Shown here: positions 1 through 13,595 of the stretch, piece by piece | How the letters are laid out: each line of letters begins with the position of its first letter | Position numbering within the stretch: position 1 is the first letter of the stretch | Source: Pecten maximus | Taxonomy: Eukaryota | Assembly (NCBI RefSeq): GCF_902652985.1 | Contig: NC_047016.1 | Span: 46,562,001 to 46,626,000, forward strand | DNA length: 64,000 nucleotides | Direction: 5' to 3' | Notes under the pieces: model-generated | Databases searched by the model: none | The model's input: only the letters and a program-made list of their open reading frames with translations | What the model was told of the DNA's origin: nothing | Made by a program: the position numbers and the translations under genes

Positions 1-3000
1 AGATACAGGCATTCAAGGAACAGAAGGAGCTGGATGCCAGACTGGCTGACCTTAAAAAGTACGTCGACCAGGACCATGTGGATGATGAAGTAAAGGTAGG
101 TAACTAGTAGTGGTTTAACGATTCACTGATGCATCTATGTATTGGATCGCAGAGTGGTGCATCGATGCATCGTCTATCCTTGATTTGTATAGCGATACTT
201 GAAAATCTGTAGTTATCTCCCTTGGCCAACATTAGCTTACGTTTTGTAGTAAACAACATGGCTGACAAGGATGTTCCAGCAGCTTATAAAGCTGCCTGTT
301 GGAATTCTTTCAAATCCAAATTATCTTAAGTTCAAAAATGCTTTGTGGGAAACAGACAAAATGTATGTTTTTTTTGCAACAAATGTAGACAATGACTCAA
401 CTGTTCCGGAAATACCACAAACAAAACATGATGCCTGTACGATGGAATACGAGATATCTGATAGGTCATCAGCTTATCATATATTATGATACGTATTGTG
501 TCATGATCCCTGTATCGCGATACAAATCGTATCGCTACACAGATCGTATCGCTACCCATCTTACGATACACAGCTCTAGTAACTACATTGTGTAGGTACC
601 TACAGTATTATCTTAGATATGTAGTATTCTCACATACTTCACGAGGTGATTCTGTGGTTGCTAGGGATGGGATAGATCGATCTCACATGGGGACAGGAAA
701 TATAGCTGGCTCTATTTGACACCACCCACAATAGCGTAACATCATCATTTTATGTAGTGTAACCACATCACAAATTGATGTCATCAAGTTTGATGCACAT
801 TTCTTGTGACATCAGTGATGGGATGATGAAAAGGTTTCACAACACCTTACAATTTGTAACTATTTTTGAAGTATGTGAGAAAAATAATCAAAAATGGGCT
901 TGTACTACCGACAGGGATATCTCAAGAGGTCAAATAGAACTAAGCTATCCAAGGAGGTTTCTATATAGGACAAACATTTACATAAAGTTATTGTTAAATG
1001 ATGAGGAACAGAAACTTTTCTCAAGGTGGGATTGATAGCTATTTTATATAATTGCAGTAAATTTATATTGTTATATTTTGATTATTTCAGAGAGATTACT
1101 ACATAACGTTACTAAAGAAATGGGTGAACATTGCATGCGAGGATCTGTCAGGAATCAACTGTGAGTATAATTATGTGATATAACAGTCATTTGTTAAATC
1201 ACAATATTCACAACTTTCACCAAACAAAAAGAATAATGCATATGATGACATAAATTTACTCAACTGAAGAACATTGTGCATTATTATAAATAGAAGGGAG
1301 ACTGGATTGTTTGTCAGGTTGACACCAAATGTAAACTAACTTTTGTTGTAAAATGTTCTTCATTGAATTACAACAGTTACCCAAATCAAACCAGCAATAC
1401 TCTGTGTACAAGACATCCATGCTGAATGACTAATCCCATCCTCCAATTTCGGAAAAAAATAATAGTAAAATAAAAGGAAAAATGTGTTTATTTACTGTAA
1501 AGAAACAATTGTTTTTCAAATTAAAATCATTTTTTTTTTTCTGAAGAAAAAAGGTCTTGCATAGGATCTTATCCACTAGCTCCCTGGGCTTATAGGCGGT
1601 ATGATACGGTATAGAGATGACCAAAACAATTATTTTCATGAAAGGGGATTTTTTTATTCGAAAGAATTTGATAAAACATTAAAGTTAGTTCATTTTGACT
1701 TTTCTGACAAAGTTACCCATAAAAGGTAATTGAAAATTTAAATTAATAAATGATACAGCTAGTTCAATGTTTGGGCTATTTCAGTAGGATCACTGGACCA
1801 ATAAAAAATATTTAACCTGCTTTTCTTTTTTCCAGTTGAAATTCAGATGTTAGAAGTTCGAGAGGATTCGATGAGTGAGGCTGGAGTGCGGAAGGAAGAA
1901 TACCAGAAAAAGAAACCACCAGTACGTTTGTGTCTATAACAAAAAAATTAATGATTCACTTTGAATTGTTCTCCTGAGGTGAAGTGGTTAAATTCAGTTC
2001 GTTGGCTGTCCTTTAAAATTCTAGCTCTAATCCAGAAATTGATTTTTGATTCTTTTTCAGTAACAATGTCACCAACATCAAAGTTTTACCAATAAGTCTT
2101 TTGCTCAAAAAGCTTGTATACATGTTTTTAATTTACCAAAATTGTATTGATAATGGATTTTTCTCATAAAGACCTTTATTACAGTAATATTCATATTGAC
2201 CTAAACATTTACCTGATGATGTGGATGAGGTAATGATCAAACTAAATATATCTTCTCCGATATTCACCTCTAGATAGCATTTATCTCATAATAGGAAGTT
2301 CCCTATACAGATATAGTGTTTAATATCCTGGACTATTGGTGAATTAACCCGATATAGCGAGAAAGATGATCCATGTGAATGGTTTCTCTACTTTTCAGCC
2401 TATACGCCCTTTTATCATCACAAAGGACATGATACAGAAGCAGGTGTTTGGTTTAGGGTACCCTAGCATTCCAACTCTCACCATCGAGGAGTTCTACGAA
2501 CAGAAAGTCCAAGATGGCACATTCCAGCCACCCATGGCAGGGTATGTAACAGTGTCATATCACAATAAATAAACTCTCCCGTAAAATGTTCTCATTGATT
2601 ATCCCTCATAATAATTTCCCCAAAACAGTAAACATATTTACAAGATTCACAGCATCATCAAATTATATATCCTGTATTACATAAACATTAAATATTATAC
2701 ACATACATGTATATGCCTATCACATCAAGCCCAAATACAACTAATTATCCCTTCATCCCCACAGAATACACAGAATTTTACAAATCTACTCCCCATAGAC
2801 TTTTACACATCTTCCACCATAGAATTTTACACATCTACTTCCCATAGAATTTTACACATCTTCCACCATAGACTTTTACACATCTTCCACCATAGAATTT
2901 TACACATCTTCCACCATAGAATTTTACACATCTTCCACCATAGAATTTTACACATCTTCCACCATAGAATTTTACACATCTTCACCCATAGACTTTTACA

Positions 3001-4802
3001 CATCTTCACCCATAGACTTTTACACATCTACCACCCATAGAATTTTACACATCTACTCCCCATAGAATTTTACACATCTTCCACCATAGAATTTTACACA
3101 TCTTCCACCATAGAATTTTACACATCTTCCACCATAGAATTTTACAAATCTACTCCCCATAGACTTTTACACATCTTCCACCATAGAATTTTACACATCT
3201 ACTTCCCATAGAATTTTACACATCTTCCATCATAGAATTTTACACATCTTCCATCATAGACTTTTACACATCTTCCACCATAGAATTTTACACATCTTCC
3301 ATCATAGACTTTTACACATCTTCACCCATAGACTTTTAAACATCTTCACACATAGACTTTTACACATCTTCCACATAGACTTTTACACAACTACTTCCCA
3401 TAGAATTTTACACATCTTCACCCATAGAATTTTACACATCTTCCACCATAGAATTTTACACATCTTCACCCATAGACTTTTACACATCTTCACCCATAGA
3501 CTTTTACACATCTTCACCCATAGAATTTTACACATCTTCACCCATAGAATTTTACACATCTTCACCCATAGACTTTTACACATCTTCACCCATAGAATTT
3601 TACACAACTTCCACATAGACTTTTACACAACTACACCCACATCTATCCTCATTGATACCACTTTCATGGCATCATTGGTTACACTGTACATACATGTAAT
3701 GGCTCTAGCAATTTGGAAAACAGATTCAATCTTTTTTTGTTACGCAATGAAGTTCCAGTTATACAAATTTTTTGTAAGTTGTTAATTGTAGTTCAAATTA
3801 AGCCTATCCTTAAGATGACACATACCCATAATAAGCAAACCATACTGATATAAGTATTCATCTGACCTACAGACACAGTATGCAGGACTGGGCAGCTAAC
3901 CCTGAACAAGATAAAGAAGATAAGGAGAAAGAGGATGAGGAGAAAGAGAACAAGATTGAAGCTGATGATCCCGAGGAGTTACAGAAGGCACGCAACTGGG
4001 ACGAATGGAAGGATGGTGGGTAGTCATGCAGGCAGTGTGTTTGTTTTGTGTTAGGACTCGCACAACTAAATAATTTACTATTATATGTTTACCAGCGACC
4101 CCGTCCCTTCATTCGCTCGTTTGAAGTTCAAATGGATGACCTTGACCTTGAACAAAAGTTTTTATCAGATAAATGTTGTTTTTGTATAGGTTTAATGCCA
4201 TATAAGAGCACATGGGTACTCGAAAGACAGTAACCCTGACATTTACAGTGCACTGGGGAATTCCCGTCATTTTACACCTCAAATCCTACGTCGTTCTATA
4301 TTCAGTAGAAGTGTATATTTTTGATTTTTCAAATCTCAAGACCCTACTCTTTATTCCCATATATAGAAAGTACCCATTTCCTATGTTATTTACTCAGGAA
4401 AACAGCTACAAACCTAAGAAACACATTTTTCTCAGGGACTTGGTTCCGGTGAACTACCAGCTGATTGGCTGATTTAGTTGTGCGAGTCCTTTATAGAAAC
4501 AAAGAATGTGTACATGCTATGTATCTAATTATTCTAACACAATGCATCATATAAAACAATGAAATGAAGTTATTGGTCTGAATGTTTACGATAAGAATCA
4601 CTGGTTGTACTTTATCTAACTTATCGTAAAGGTATATTGTAACATGTGCCTGAATCACTTAAAAATTAGTCAACAATATATATATATAAAAAAAAGGATT
4701 ATTTTGGTAAAAAATACTTTTCAGTTCTGCTCACAAATTTTTATTACATCTTTTTTTCCAGAACATAGAAGAGGATGGGGCAATAGAAAGAACATGGGAT
4801 GA
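1..4802 (+). CDS. IGBP1: Immunoglobulin-binding protein 1 / alpha4 (TAP42 family PP2A regulator), 3' part only; 5' exons lie upstream of the window
   Basis: Exons <1-95, 1091-1160, 1836-1921, 2399-2541, 3873-4015 and 4762-4802, all GT-AG with consistent phase. Spliced translation includes FKEQKELDARL..DDEVK/RDYYITLLKKWVNIACEDL/PFIITKDMIQKQVFGLGYPSIPTLTIEEFYE/KARNWDEWKD/EHRRGWGNRKNMG*. This matches the TAP42/alpha4 C-terminal motifs (VFGxGYPS, WDxWKD, HxRGxGNRxNMG). Confidence 0.95.
108..578. mobile_element. Putative non-autonomous hAT-like MITE in an IGBP1 intron
   Basis: TAG...CTA termini with CGAT/ATCG-rich subterminal repeats at both ends. Flanks are gtaactag (100-107) and gtaactac (579-586), a 7/8 match to an 8-bp TSD. 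The TIR match is weak. Confidence 0.55.
2765..3640. repeat. 24-bp minisatellite (CATAGAATTTTACACATCTTCCAC), about 36 units, in an IGBP1 intron
   Basis: Tandem units are directly visible and account for the MCKILWWK repeat ORFs. Confidence 0.95.
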
Positions 4803-4934
4803 AAAGACATGTCCATTTCTTAAATATAAAACTGATGTCCTGTCTGTGATGAGGAAAAACTGTTGGATCAAGGACAAGGATCAAGATATGGAGACATGAG
4901 ATTTAAGATTGTGGACTAGGACATGAACTGTCAT

Positions 4935-7900
4935 CTACGTCAACAGGACGTCTGTTGTTAGATCTAGGATATAGTGTGTAGTCCATGTCAACAGGACGTC
5001 TGATGTTAGATCTAGGACTAGGGTATGGTGTGTAGTCCATGACAACAGGACGTCTGATGTTAGATCTAGGACTAGGGTATGGTGTGTAGTCCATGACAAC
5101 AGGACGTCTGATGTTAGATCTAGGACTAGGGTATGGTGTGTAGTCCATGACAACAGGACGTCTGATGTTAGATCTAGGACTAGGGTATGGTGTGTAGTCC
5201 ATGACAACAGGACGTCTGATGTTAGATCTAGGACTAGGGTATGGTGTGTAGTCCATGACAACAGGACGTCTGATGTTAGATCTAGGACTAGGGTATGGTG
5301 TGTAGTCCATGACAACAGGACGTCTGATGTTAGATCTAGGGTATGGTGTGTAGTCCATGTCAACAGGACGTCTGATGTTAGATCTAGGACTAGGGTATGG
5401 TGTGTAGTCCATGACAACAGGACGTCTGATGTTAGGACTAGGGTATGGTGTGTAGTCCATGTCAACAGGACGTCTGATGTTAGATCTAGGACTAGGGTAT
5501 GGTGTGTAGTCCATGTCAGCAGGACGTCTGATGTTAGATATAGGACTAGGGTATGGTGTGTTGTCCATGACAACAGGACGTCTGATGTTAGATCTAGGAC
5601 TAGGGTATGGTGTGTAGTCCATGACAACAGGACGTCTGATGTTAGATCTAGGACTAGGGTATGGTGTGTAGTCCACGTCAACAGGACGTCTGATGTTAGA
5701 TCTAGGACTAGGGTATGGTGTGTAGTCCATGTCAACAGGACGTCTGATGTTAGATCTAGGACTAGGGTATGGTGTGTAGTCCATGTCAGCAGGACGTCTG
5801 ATGTTAGGACTAGGGTATGGTGTGTTGTCCATGACAAGAGGACGTCTGATGTTAGATCTAGGTAATGGTGTGTAGTCCATGACAACAGGACGTCCGATGT
5901 TAGATCTAGGACTAGGTTATGGTGTGTAGTCCATGACAAGAGGACGTCTGATGTTAGATCTAGGTAATGGTGTGTAGTCCATGACAACAGGACGTCTGAT
6001 GTTAGATCTAGGACTAGGTTATGGTGTGTAGTCCATGACAAGAGGACGTCTGATGTTAGATCTAGGACTAGGGTATGGTGTGTAGTCCATGACAACAGGA
6101 CGTCTGATGTTAGATCTAGGACTAGGGTATGGTGTGTAGTCCACGTCAACAGGACGTCTGATGTTAGGACTAGGGTATGGTGTGTTGTCCATGACAACAG
6201 GACGTCTGATGTTAGATCTAGGACTAGGGTATGGTGTGTTGTCCATGACAACAGGACGTCTGATGTTAGATCTAGGACTAGGGTATGGTGTGTAGTCCAT
6301 GACAACAGGACGTCTGATGTTAGATCTAGGACTAGGGTATGGTGTGTAGTCCATGACAACAGGAAGTCTGATGTTAGATCTAGGACTAGGGTATGGTGTG
6401 TAGTCCATGTCAGCAGGACGTCTGATGTTAGGACTAGGGTATGGTGTGTTGTCCATGACAACAGGACGTCTGATGTTAGATCTAGGACTAGGGTATGGTG
6501 TGTAGTCCATGTCAGCAGGACGTCTGATGTTAGGACTAGGGTATGGTGTGTAGTCCATGTCAACAGGACATCTGATGTTAGATCTAGGACTAGGGTATGG
6601 TGTGTAGTCCATGTCAGCAGGACGTCTGATGTTAGGACTAGGGTATGGTGTGTTGTCCATGACAACAGGACGTCTGATGTTAGATCTAGGACTAGGGTAT
6701 GGTGTGTAGTCCACGTCAACAGGTCGCCTGATGTTAGATCTAGGACTAGGGTATGGTGTGTAGTCCATGACAACAGGACGTCTGATGTTAGATCTAGGAC
6801 TAGGGTATGGTGTGTAGTCCATGACAACAGGACGTCTGATGTTAGATCTACGACTAGGGTATGGTGTGTAGTCCATGACAACAGGACGTCTGATGTTAGA
6901 TCTAGGACTAGGGTATGGTGTGTAGTCCATGACAACAGGACGTCTGATGTTAGATCTAGGACTAGGGTATGGTGTGTAGTCCATGTCAGCAGGACGTCAT
7001 ATGTTAGGACTAGGGTATGGTGTGTTGTCCATGACAGCAGGACGTCTGATGTTAGATTTAGGACTAGAGTATGGTGTGTAGTCCATGACAACAGGACGTC
7101 TGATGTTAGATCTAGGACTAGGGTATGGTGTGTAGTCCATGACAACAGGACGTCTGATGTTAGATCTAGGACTAGGGTATGGTGTGTAGTCCATGACAAC
7201 AGGACGTCTGATGTTAGATCTACGACTAGGGTATGGTGTGTAGTCCATGACAACAGGACGTCTGATGTTAGATCTTGGACTAGGGTATGGTGTGTAGTCC
7301 ATGACAACAGGACGTCTGATGTTAGATCTAGGACTAGGGTATGGTGTGTAGTCCATGACAACAGGACGTCTGATGTTAGATCTAGGACTAGGGTATGGTG
7401 TGTAGTCCATGTCAACAGGACGTCTGATGTTAGATCTAGGACTAGGGTATGGTGTGTAGTCCATGACAACAGGACGTCTGATGTTAGGACTAGGGTATGG
7501 TGTGTAGTCCATGACAACAGGACGTCTGATGTTAGATCTAGGACTAGGGTATGGTGTGTAGTCCACGTCAACAGGACGTCTGATGTTAGATCTAGGACTA
7601 GGGTATGGTGTGTAGTCCATGACAACAGGACGTCTGATGTTAGATCTAGGACTAGGGTATGGTGTGTAGTCCATGACAACAGGACGTCTGATGTTAGATC
7701 TAGGACTAGGGTATGGTGTGTAGTCCATGTCAGCAGGACGTCTGATGTTAGATATAGGACTAGGGTATGGTGTGTAGTCCATGACAACAGGACGTCTGAT
7801 GTTAGATCTAGGACTAGGGTATGGTGTGTAGTCCATGACAACAGGACGTCTGATGTTAGATCTAGGACTAGGGTATGGTGTGTAGTCCATGACAACAGGA

Positions 7901-8305
7901 CGTCTGATGTTAGGACTAGGGTATGGTGTGTTGTCCATGACAACAGGACGTCTGATGTTAGATCTAGGACTAGGGTATGGTGTGTTGTCCATGACAACAG
8001 GACGTCTGATGTTAGGACTAGGGTATGGTGTGTTGTCCATGACAACAGGACGTCTGATGTTAGATCTAGGACTAGGGTATGGTGTGTAGTCCACAACAAC
8101 AGGACGTCTGATGTTAGGACTAGGACTAGGGTATGGTGTGTAGTCCATGACAACAGGACGTCTGATGTTAGGACTAGGGTATGGTGTGTAGTCCATGACA
8201 ACAGGACGTCTGATGTTAGGACTAGGTTATGGTGTGTAGTCCATGACAACAGGACGTCTGATGTTAGATCTAGGACTAGGGTATGGTGTGTAGTCCATGA
8301 CAACA
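4935..8305. repeat. 54/48-bp minisatellite, over 60 units, just downstream of the IGBP1 stop
   Basis: Unit GACAACAGGACGTCTGATGTTAGATCTAGGACTAGGGTATGGTGTGTAGTCCAT. The 48-bp variants lack one hexamer sub-repeat. Confidence 0.97.
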
Positions 8306-9489
8306 GTACTGAGGTATCTTGTACAATTCAGGTTGAAGTAATTCTACTAGATCTTAAATACAATATGACAGGATAAGCATGTGGTTGACAAGGAAGAAAT
8401 CACCAAACATTTATTACAAGACAAATGGTCCTTGTATTATATCACAATCAATTACCATTATAGTACATGGCGGAGAACCCACAACTTGGGCCAGCAAAAT
8501 GAAAGAAAGAGTTTTTGCACTTGTTACATATAAATTAACTACATCTAGCCTACCGACAGGTAGTTCAGTTTGCCAGTGTGCAATTTATCTAGAGAGAATT
8601 AATCTGCCTTTACCAAGTAAGACTTTAAAACATTTCTTATGAAAACCTGGAGATAGCACTAATCAGAATGTTATGCTGCATAATATAATGTATGCAATGG
8701 CATGCACAATACTTTGGAAAGACATACTGCATAAATCTTTTAATTACATTAATCTCAATACATGTATTTGGTATGGCATTGGATATCGTACCTAAATTGT
8801 TTACTTAGCCTCTATATCAAAGATACAATTTGAAATTACATTTTAGTTCTAATTTTGATCATTACACTGTTATCAGGCCTAACTAACCAATAAATCGTAA
8901 GTTTCCGACACATGGTCCGTATATATATCATGATGAGACATGCATTATAAATCGTGGGTTGGGTTTAATGCCAAGTTCCTATGTGCACTGTGGTATTTCA
9001 ACAATGTCAAATAAATAGATATGACATTTCAGCTTTCTGTGACTAGAAACAAAATTATAAATGTGATGGGTTATTTTCTACTACATGTATTTTGAAAACC
9101 TCTGTATGTAGCATTAGAGGGTTTTCACAGAACTTGATAAGCATCGTAGCTGAATTTTTGCCTGTTATATTTGGCATGTCTTCAGATCCAGCTGCAGTCA
9201 AAAGCAAATATATAAAAATAAATATTTATTTAAATAAATAAATGTCATTGTTATTTATATCCTATTGTTAAGAGCCACTTCATCCATATTGAAAATCTTT
9301 AGAAACAACTACCTTGAGTGGTGTTAACACATTGGGAATATTCTGAGGTATTACTGTTTTTTTAGCTCACATAGTATGAAGTGCCAATGGGCTGGTGATA
9401 TGGACCAGCATCGGCCGTTTGTCTTCCATCCGTCTGTCTTTGTCCACTTTGGTTCACCACCGAACATTTTCCTTCTGTCTGCATGTCTC

Positions 9490-9882
9490 CTTTTTAGCCC
9501 ACCATCATCAGATGGTGGGCTATTCAAATCGCCTTGCGATCATGGTCTGTGGTCCATCCCTCCCTCCGTAAATGATTCCTGTTATCGCTATTTATCATGA
9601 AGGACTGAAGGGTTATTTCTCAAATTTCATAGGTAGGTTCCCCTTGGTCCCTAGTTGGGCATATTGCATTTTAGGACCGATCCGAAAACAAACATGGCTG
9701 ACAGGCAGCCATCTTGGATTTTGACCATTGCAGGTTGCTCCTGCTATATTGTACTTTATTAAGTTATTAAAATGTGTTGTAAGAAGAGTAAAAGAAAGAA
9801 AATAAAAGAAAATATCAGTCTTTCATTTGACAGATATAGATCATTCAATGGTGGATGCCAATATCCCTTAGGGATCTCGTTA
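9490..9882 (-). mobile_element. Non-autonomous pearl/Helentron-like element, second family (related copy at about 16825-17408)
   Basis: Begins with the terminal hairpin tagcccaccatc-atca-gatggtgggcta after a T run, followed by a degenerate (CCGT)-type microsatellite and a core containing catggctgacaggcagccatcttggattttgac. Ends ...gggatctcgtt. Confidence 0.6.
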
Positions 9883-10249
9883 CTTAAAATAAATCTAAAA
9901 AAGTGGCTACCTAGCTGTGATGTAGTTCTATATTTCTTCATATAAATGATCTTTACCTTGACACTAAAACTTCTTGAAACAAATTTCCTCTTTCAATAAC
10001 ACTGGGGTGAAATAGGCAGTGATTTAAGTATCCAAACTAGTGTTATTTGGCCAGCAGGTATCTGGCGTGGAGTGCTATAATATTTCCTCATATGAGTTAC
10101 TTTGTCTTGCCTTCAAGCACAAAGACCTCAAATTTTTACAGTCTATATATTTGTACCTACCCTGGTGTGTATAGGGCACTTTAAGACATGTAAGGAGCCA
10201 GACCTACTTTAGGTAAAATTGACATCCCTCTCCATTGACTACCGGAATC

Positions 10250-10858
10250 AACAAGACAAATTTTCAGGTTTTTATAGTCACAAGAACATAATTGTATTGC
10301 GTTAAAATCTTTAAACATCTTAATAACCAAGAGACCCAGGGTCATGATTTGGCCAGTAACCTTCATCTACTTTCAAGGTCACAGCGGTCAATTATGTAAA
10401 ACTTTGTCAACAACTTCTTCTCTATAAACCATGAGGCACAGGGCCATGATATTGTGCCACCATAAGCATGCTGGGATGAAGGCCTACCAAGTTTGTTCAA
10501 ATGAACGACATTGAACTATTTTCAAGGTTGCCGAGGTCAAGTCAATAAAATGTTTAAAATGAATTATTTTCAATAAGCAAAAGATGCCGGACTATGATTA
10601 GGGCCAGTAGCATGCTGGCATGAAGGGTCAAGTGTGTTGAAATCCTTAAAGGACTTCTTAATAACCAATAGATCTGGGGTCATTTTGGGCAAGAAACATG
10701 ATGCGATGCAGGCTATAAAGTTTGTTCAAATGAACGTCCTTCACCTAAGTTCAAGGCTACAGTGATCAAATATGTACAAATTTCAACTTGAAAGTAAAGC
10801 GGCTATCTTTGTACGCATCAGAATTCATGTAACGTTAAGGCCCGTGGGCCTCTTTTGT
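10250..10858 (-). mobile_element. Degenerate reverse copy of the element family carrying the 145-bp core repeat
   Basis: Reverse-complement matches to the 145-bp unit (taccaagtttgttcaaatgaa, gcatgctgggatgaagg) and to the terminal motif (ggcccgtgggcctctt). Confidence 0.65.
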
Positions 10859-12396
10859 AACGAGATAATTTGCCTTAAATCCAGGTAGTGTCGAATATTG
10901 ACATTGACCTATGTTTATTTAACACTCGGAAAGCTTCCTTCCATCACCAAAAGGTCAAGAATAATCTGATTGGTAGCTTCCTTTAATAGATGAAGCTCAA
11001 GCAAGTCTGGAAAAAAAAACTTTGACCAATATTTAATGTCGAAGGGGCCAACTTATTTGTTAGTTGGCTCAAACGACTTCACCAGGCCATTTACAAGAAT
11101 CCTGTTGAATGAGGTTTACGAAGGATGTTTTTTTTTTTGGAAACCTTTCAATCCCTGGCTAGAGAACAATACACCTCCCAAATACGTTTACATATATGCA
11201 AAAATACATTTGCATCTCGTCCAGACCTAGTGTGAATGAGTCATCTTATAGATAGCACAAAATGTTCGAGACAGTAGTTTGGTAATCACAGCAGACGAAA
11301 ACAAACAGGTGCCGTAAATGGAAACGACTGCAATGACCTAAAACTTCAGCGATCATGCGCGGGGTTTCTATCAGAATTACAGTAGGGCCCTATATTTAAT
11401 GTAAATAACGACAGGAAGAGGTGACAGAACAGAATAGTTAAGCTAGGAATGTAAAATAAATCGTTATTCGGAAAAGTTGAGCAGCTGACCCAGTCATTTT
11501 GAACATCAAGATTTTATTGGAATGGAGAGAAAAACTAACTTTTGTGAAAAATCGATGTCTGAGAGAAGGCACTTTCACGAGTACAAGTTTTGTAATCAAG
11601 AGAGATGCTTCATCCGTGCTGAATTACCAACGCTATTGGAGAACACGTTAAAGGATGGATAGATGTGTATTCTTCTATTCCCATTCATAAACAATTTCAA
11701 AAATTCGTTCATTCTAAGACCGAGGATGCTTCGTTTTTTGATCGGAAGGAGAGACGGAAATTTAAATTGTGCTAATTTTTCGTTGTTAACGCTTTCTAAA
11801 AACCAAACAAACAAAAACTGAATTCAGTAATAAATATTGAAAAAAAAATCCATATATAAATGCTACAGTGGCTGAAATCGTGGTATTTGGAAGGTCGGAT
11901 ACAAAAACCAAAGGGCCTAAGCGAAGTCAAATGTGGAGCATAAAAACCCATACAAAAAAAAAAAATAAAAAAAGATGCATTGATTAGTGATATATAATTC
12001 TCGTCTTTTTGGGATAGATATATATCTTTTCTATTCGTTATTTAGTATTATCGTCAAGAAAATAAAAACAATAAAGAAATCTGTCGAAAGGAGGGACATA
12101 CTTTAATGACATCCTTTTCAGAAACTAATACAATGTAGTAGTTTTGTATGACGATATCTTATGTAGACCGTTCATGTTGAGCCTCTTTCCTTTTCATACT
12201 CGGTTTTCTTCCGACATCGAAATGGTATTACTGTAAATATGATGATGTAGTTGAGGAATACTTGAAAAGATGTCTATTTTATCTACACTGTCTGTCATCG
12301 TCAATATCACTGTAAATAACTTAAATCATCAAATTATACCAATGCGTTGTGTTATAGTACTTTATGGTATGTTATGCGTGCTATTATTATATGATG

Positions 12397-12668
12397 TATG
12401 GCGCGGGAAGGATGTCATAATTAAACATTTTTGCCTAGGCAAAATCGAATATTACTAAGGCAAAAATATTTCAGCCTAGGCAATATTCGATTCTTGCCTA
12501 GGCAAAAATAATTTTGTTTCGATTTATATGGCCTAGGCAGAAGCGAATTTTGCCCAGGCAAAATTATTTTTGCTTAGGCAGAAATATTTTTGCCTAGGCA
12601 AAATTCGATTTCTGCCTAGGCAAAAATAAGGCAAAAATATTTAATTATGACATCCTTCCCGCGCCATA
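12397..12668. mobile_element. Foldback MITE with TATGG...CCATA termini and a 6-bp TSD (IS3EU-like non-autonomous DNA transposon)
   Basis: TIR tatggcgcgggaaggatgtcataattaaa / tttaattatgacatccttcccgcgccata. TSD atgatg at 12391-12396 and 12669-12674. Interior is built from palindromic ttgcctaggcaa repeats. Confidence 0.85.
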
Positions 12669-12820
12669 ATGATGTGTTTGTCTGTCCATGTACTTGTGAG
12701 TGTCATTATGTAAGGTGTCATCTTGAGTCTGAATGTATTTTCTTCTTTTTTTCAATATTGTTTGAGATGTGTTTGTACTGTTCTGTATTTCTGTTACTCT
12801 CCATATTTGAAGGAAATAAT

Positions 12821-12957
12821 AATGGTGGCTCGTTAGGACCAAATATCAATTATCGCGACGGTGTCGCGTTTTCGTATTCTCGCGTTTTCGTATTCTCGCG
12901 TTTTCGTATTCTCGCGTTTTCGACCTAAGTGATATTTGGCCCTAACGAGCCCCCATA
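12821..12957. mobile_element. Small MITE with a ~32-bp imperfect TIR ending CCATA and an internal 16-bp tandem repeat
   Basis: aatggtggctcgttaggaccaaatatcaatta pairs with taagtgatatttggccctaacgagcccccata. Interior is (ttttcgtattctcgcg)x3+. No clear TSD. Confidence 0.7.
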
Positions 12958-13595
12958 CGAACATATATCCTTGACGGACCTGCAAATGTTAATACAGACT
13001 TTGAAAGTCTTTGTCAAGGCTCGTCTGAGAAGAATACAGAATCACCAGGTCCGTCTTTCCAACCGTTTGGACGACGAAAGCGGTCCTGGAGTCTTCACCT
13101 GAGGTTACGTGGCAGCGCTCTAAATATTTTTTTAGTTCAACTCATAATTGGACATTATAGCAATTATTTTCAAGTTGTACATGTATATGTACAGTGTATG
13201 GTTCAGGCAATTCTGTATCTCAGCTGTTTATATACAAACTCGTTAGGAAAGTCATATATATCCTCAATCCGAAGAAAACATTTCAATTTGTACAAAAATG
13301 ACGTGTATTGTATTATTATGGCCGTTTTCTGGTTACTCGACAAAGATCACTTTCAAGTTCCTGCATCCCTGCTGTCCTTTCTTTGTCTATTATCTAATAT
13401 TACCCTCGTTTCTATTAATTATACTGGTTTTGTCTATGTGTCTGTATTCTTTTGCTGATTTGTTGTCGAGTTGGAGATATTTTTGACATGTGCGTATGTA
13501 ATCCGAAGGGTTCTGATGTTAATATGGCCTTAAAGCTGATTATGATATACTATATAGGTATATAGTAAGATCGTCAGAAAATTCGGAGTAGTGCT

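Noticed and set aside
4935-8303. 1122-aa ORF (WTTHHTLVLDLTSDVLLS)n as a real gene
   Set aside because: It is a pure tandem repeat. By my hand tally only about a third of the distinct variants are synonymous in this frame, close to neutral expectation. The 6-nt indels are explained by hexamer slippage, and there is no signal peptide or unique domain.
12960-13120. GC-richer coding-looking segment
   Set aside because: No recognisable protein in the frames I translated and no convincing splice boundaries.
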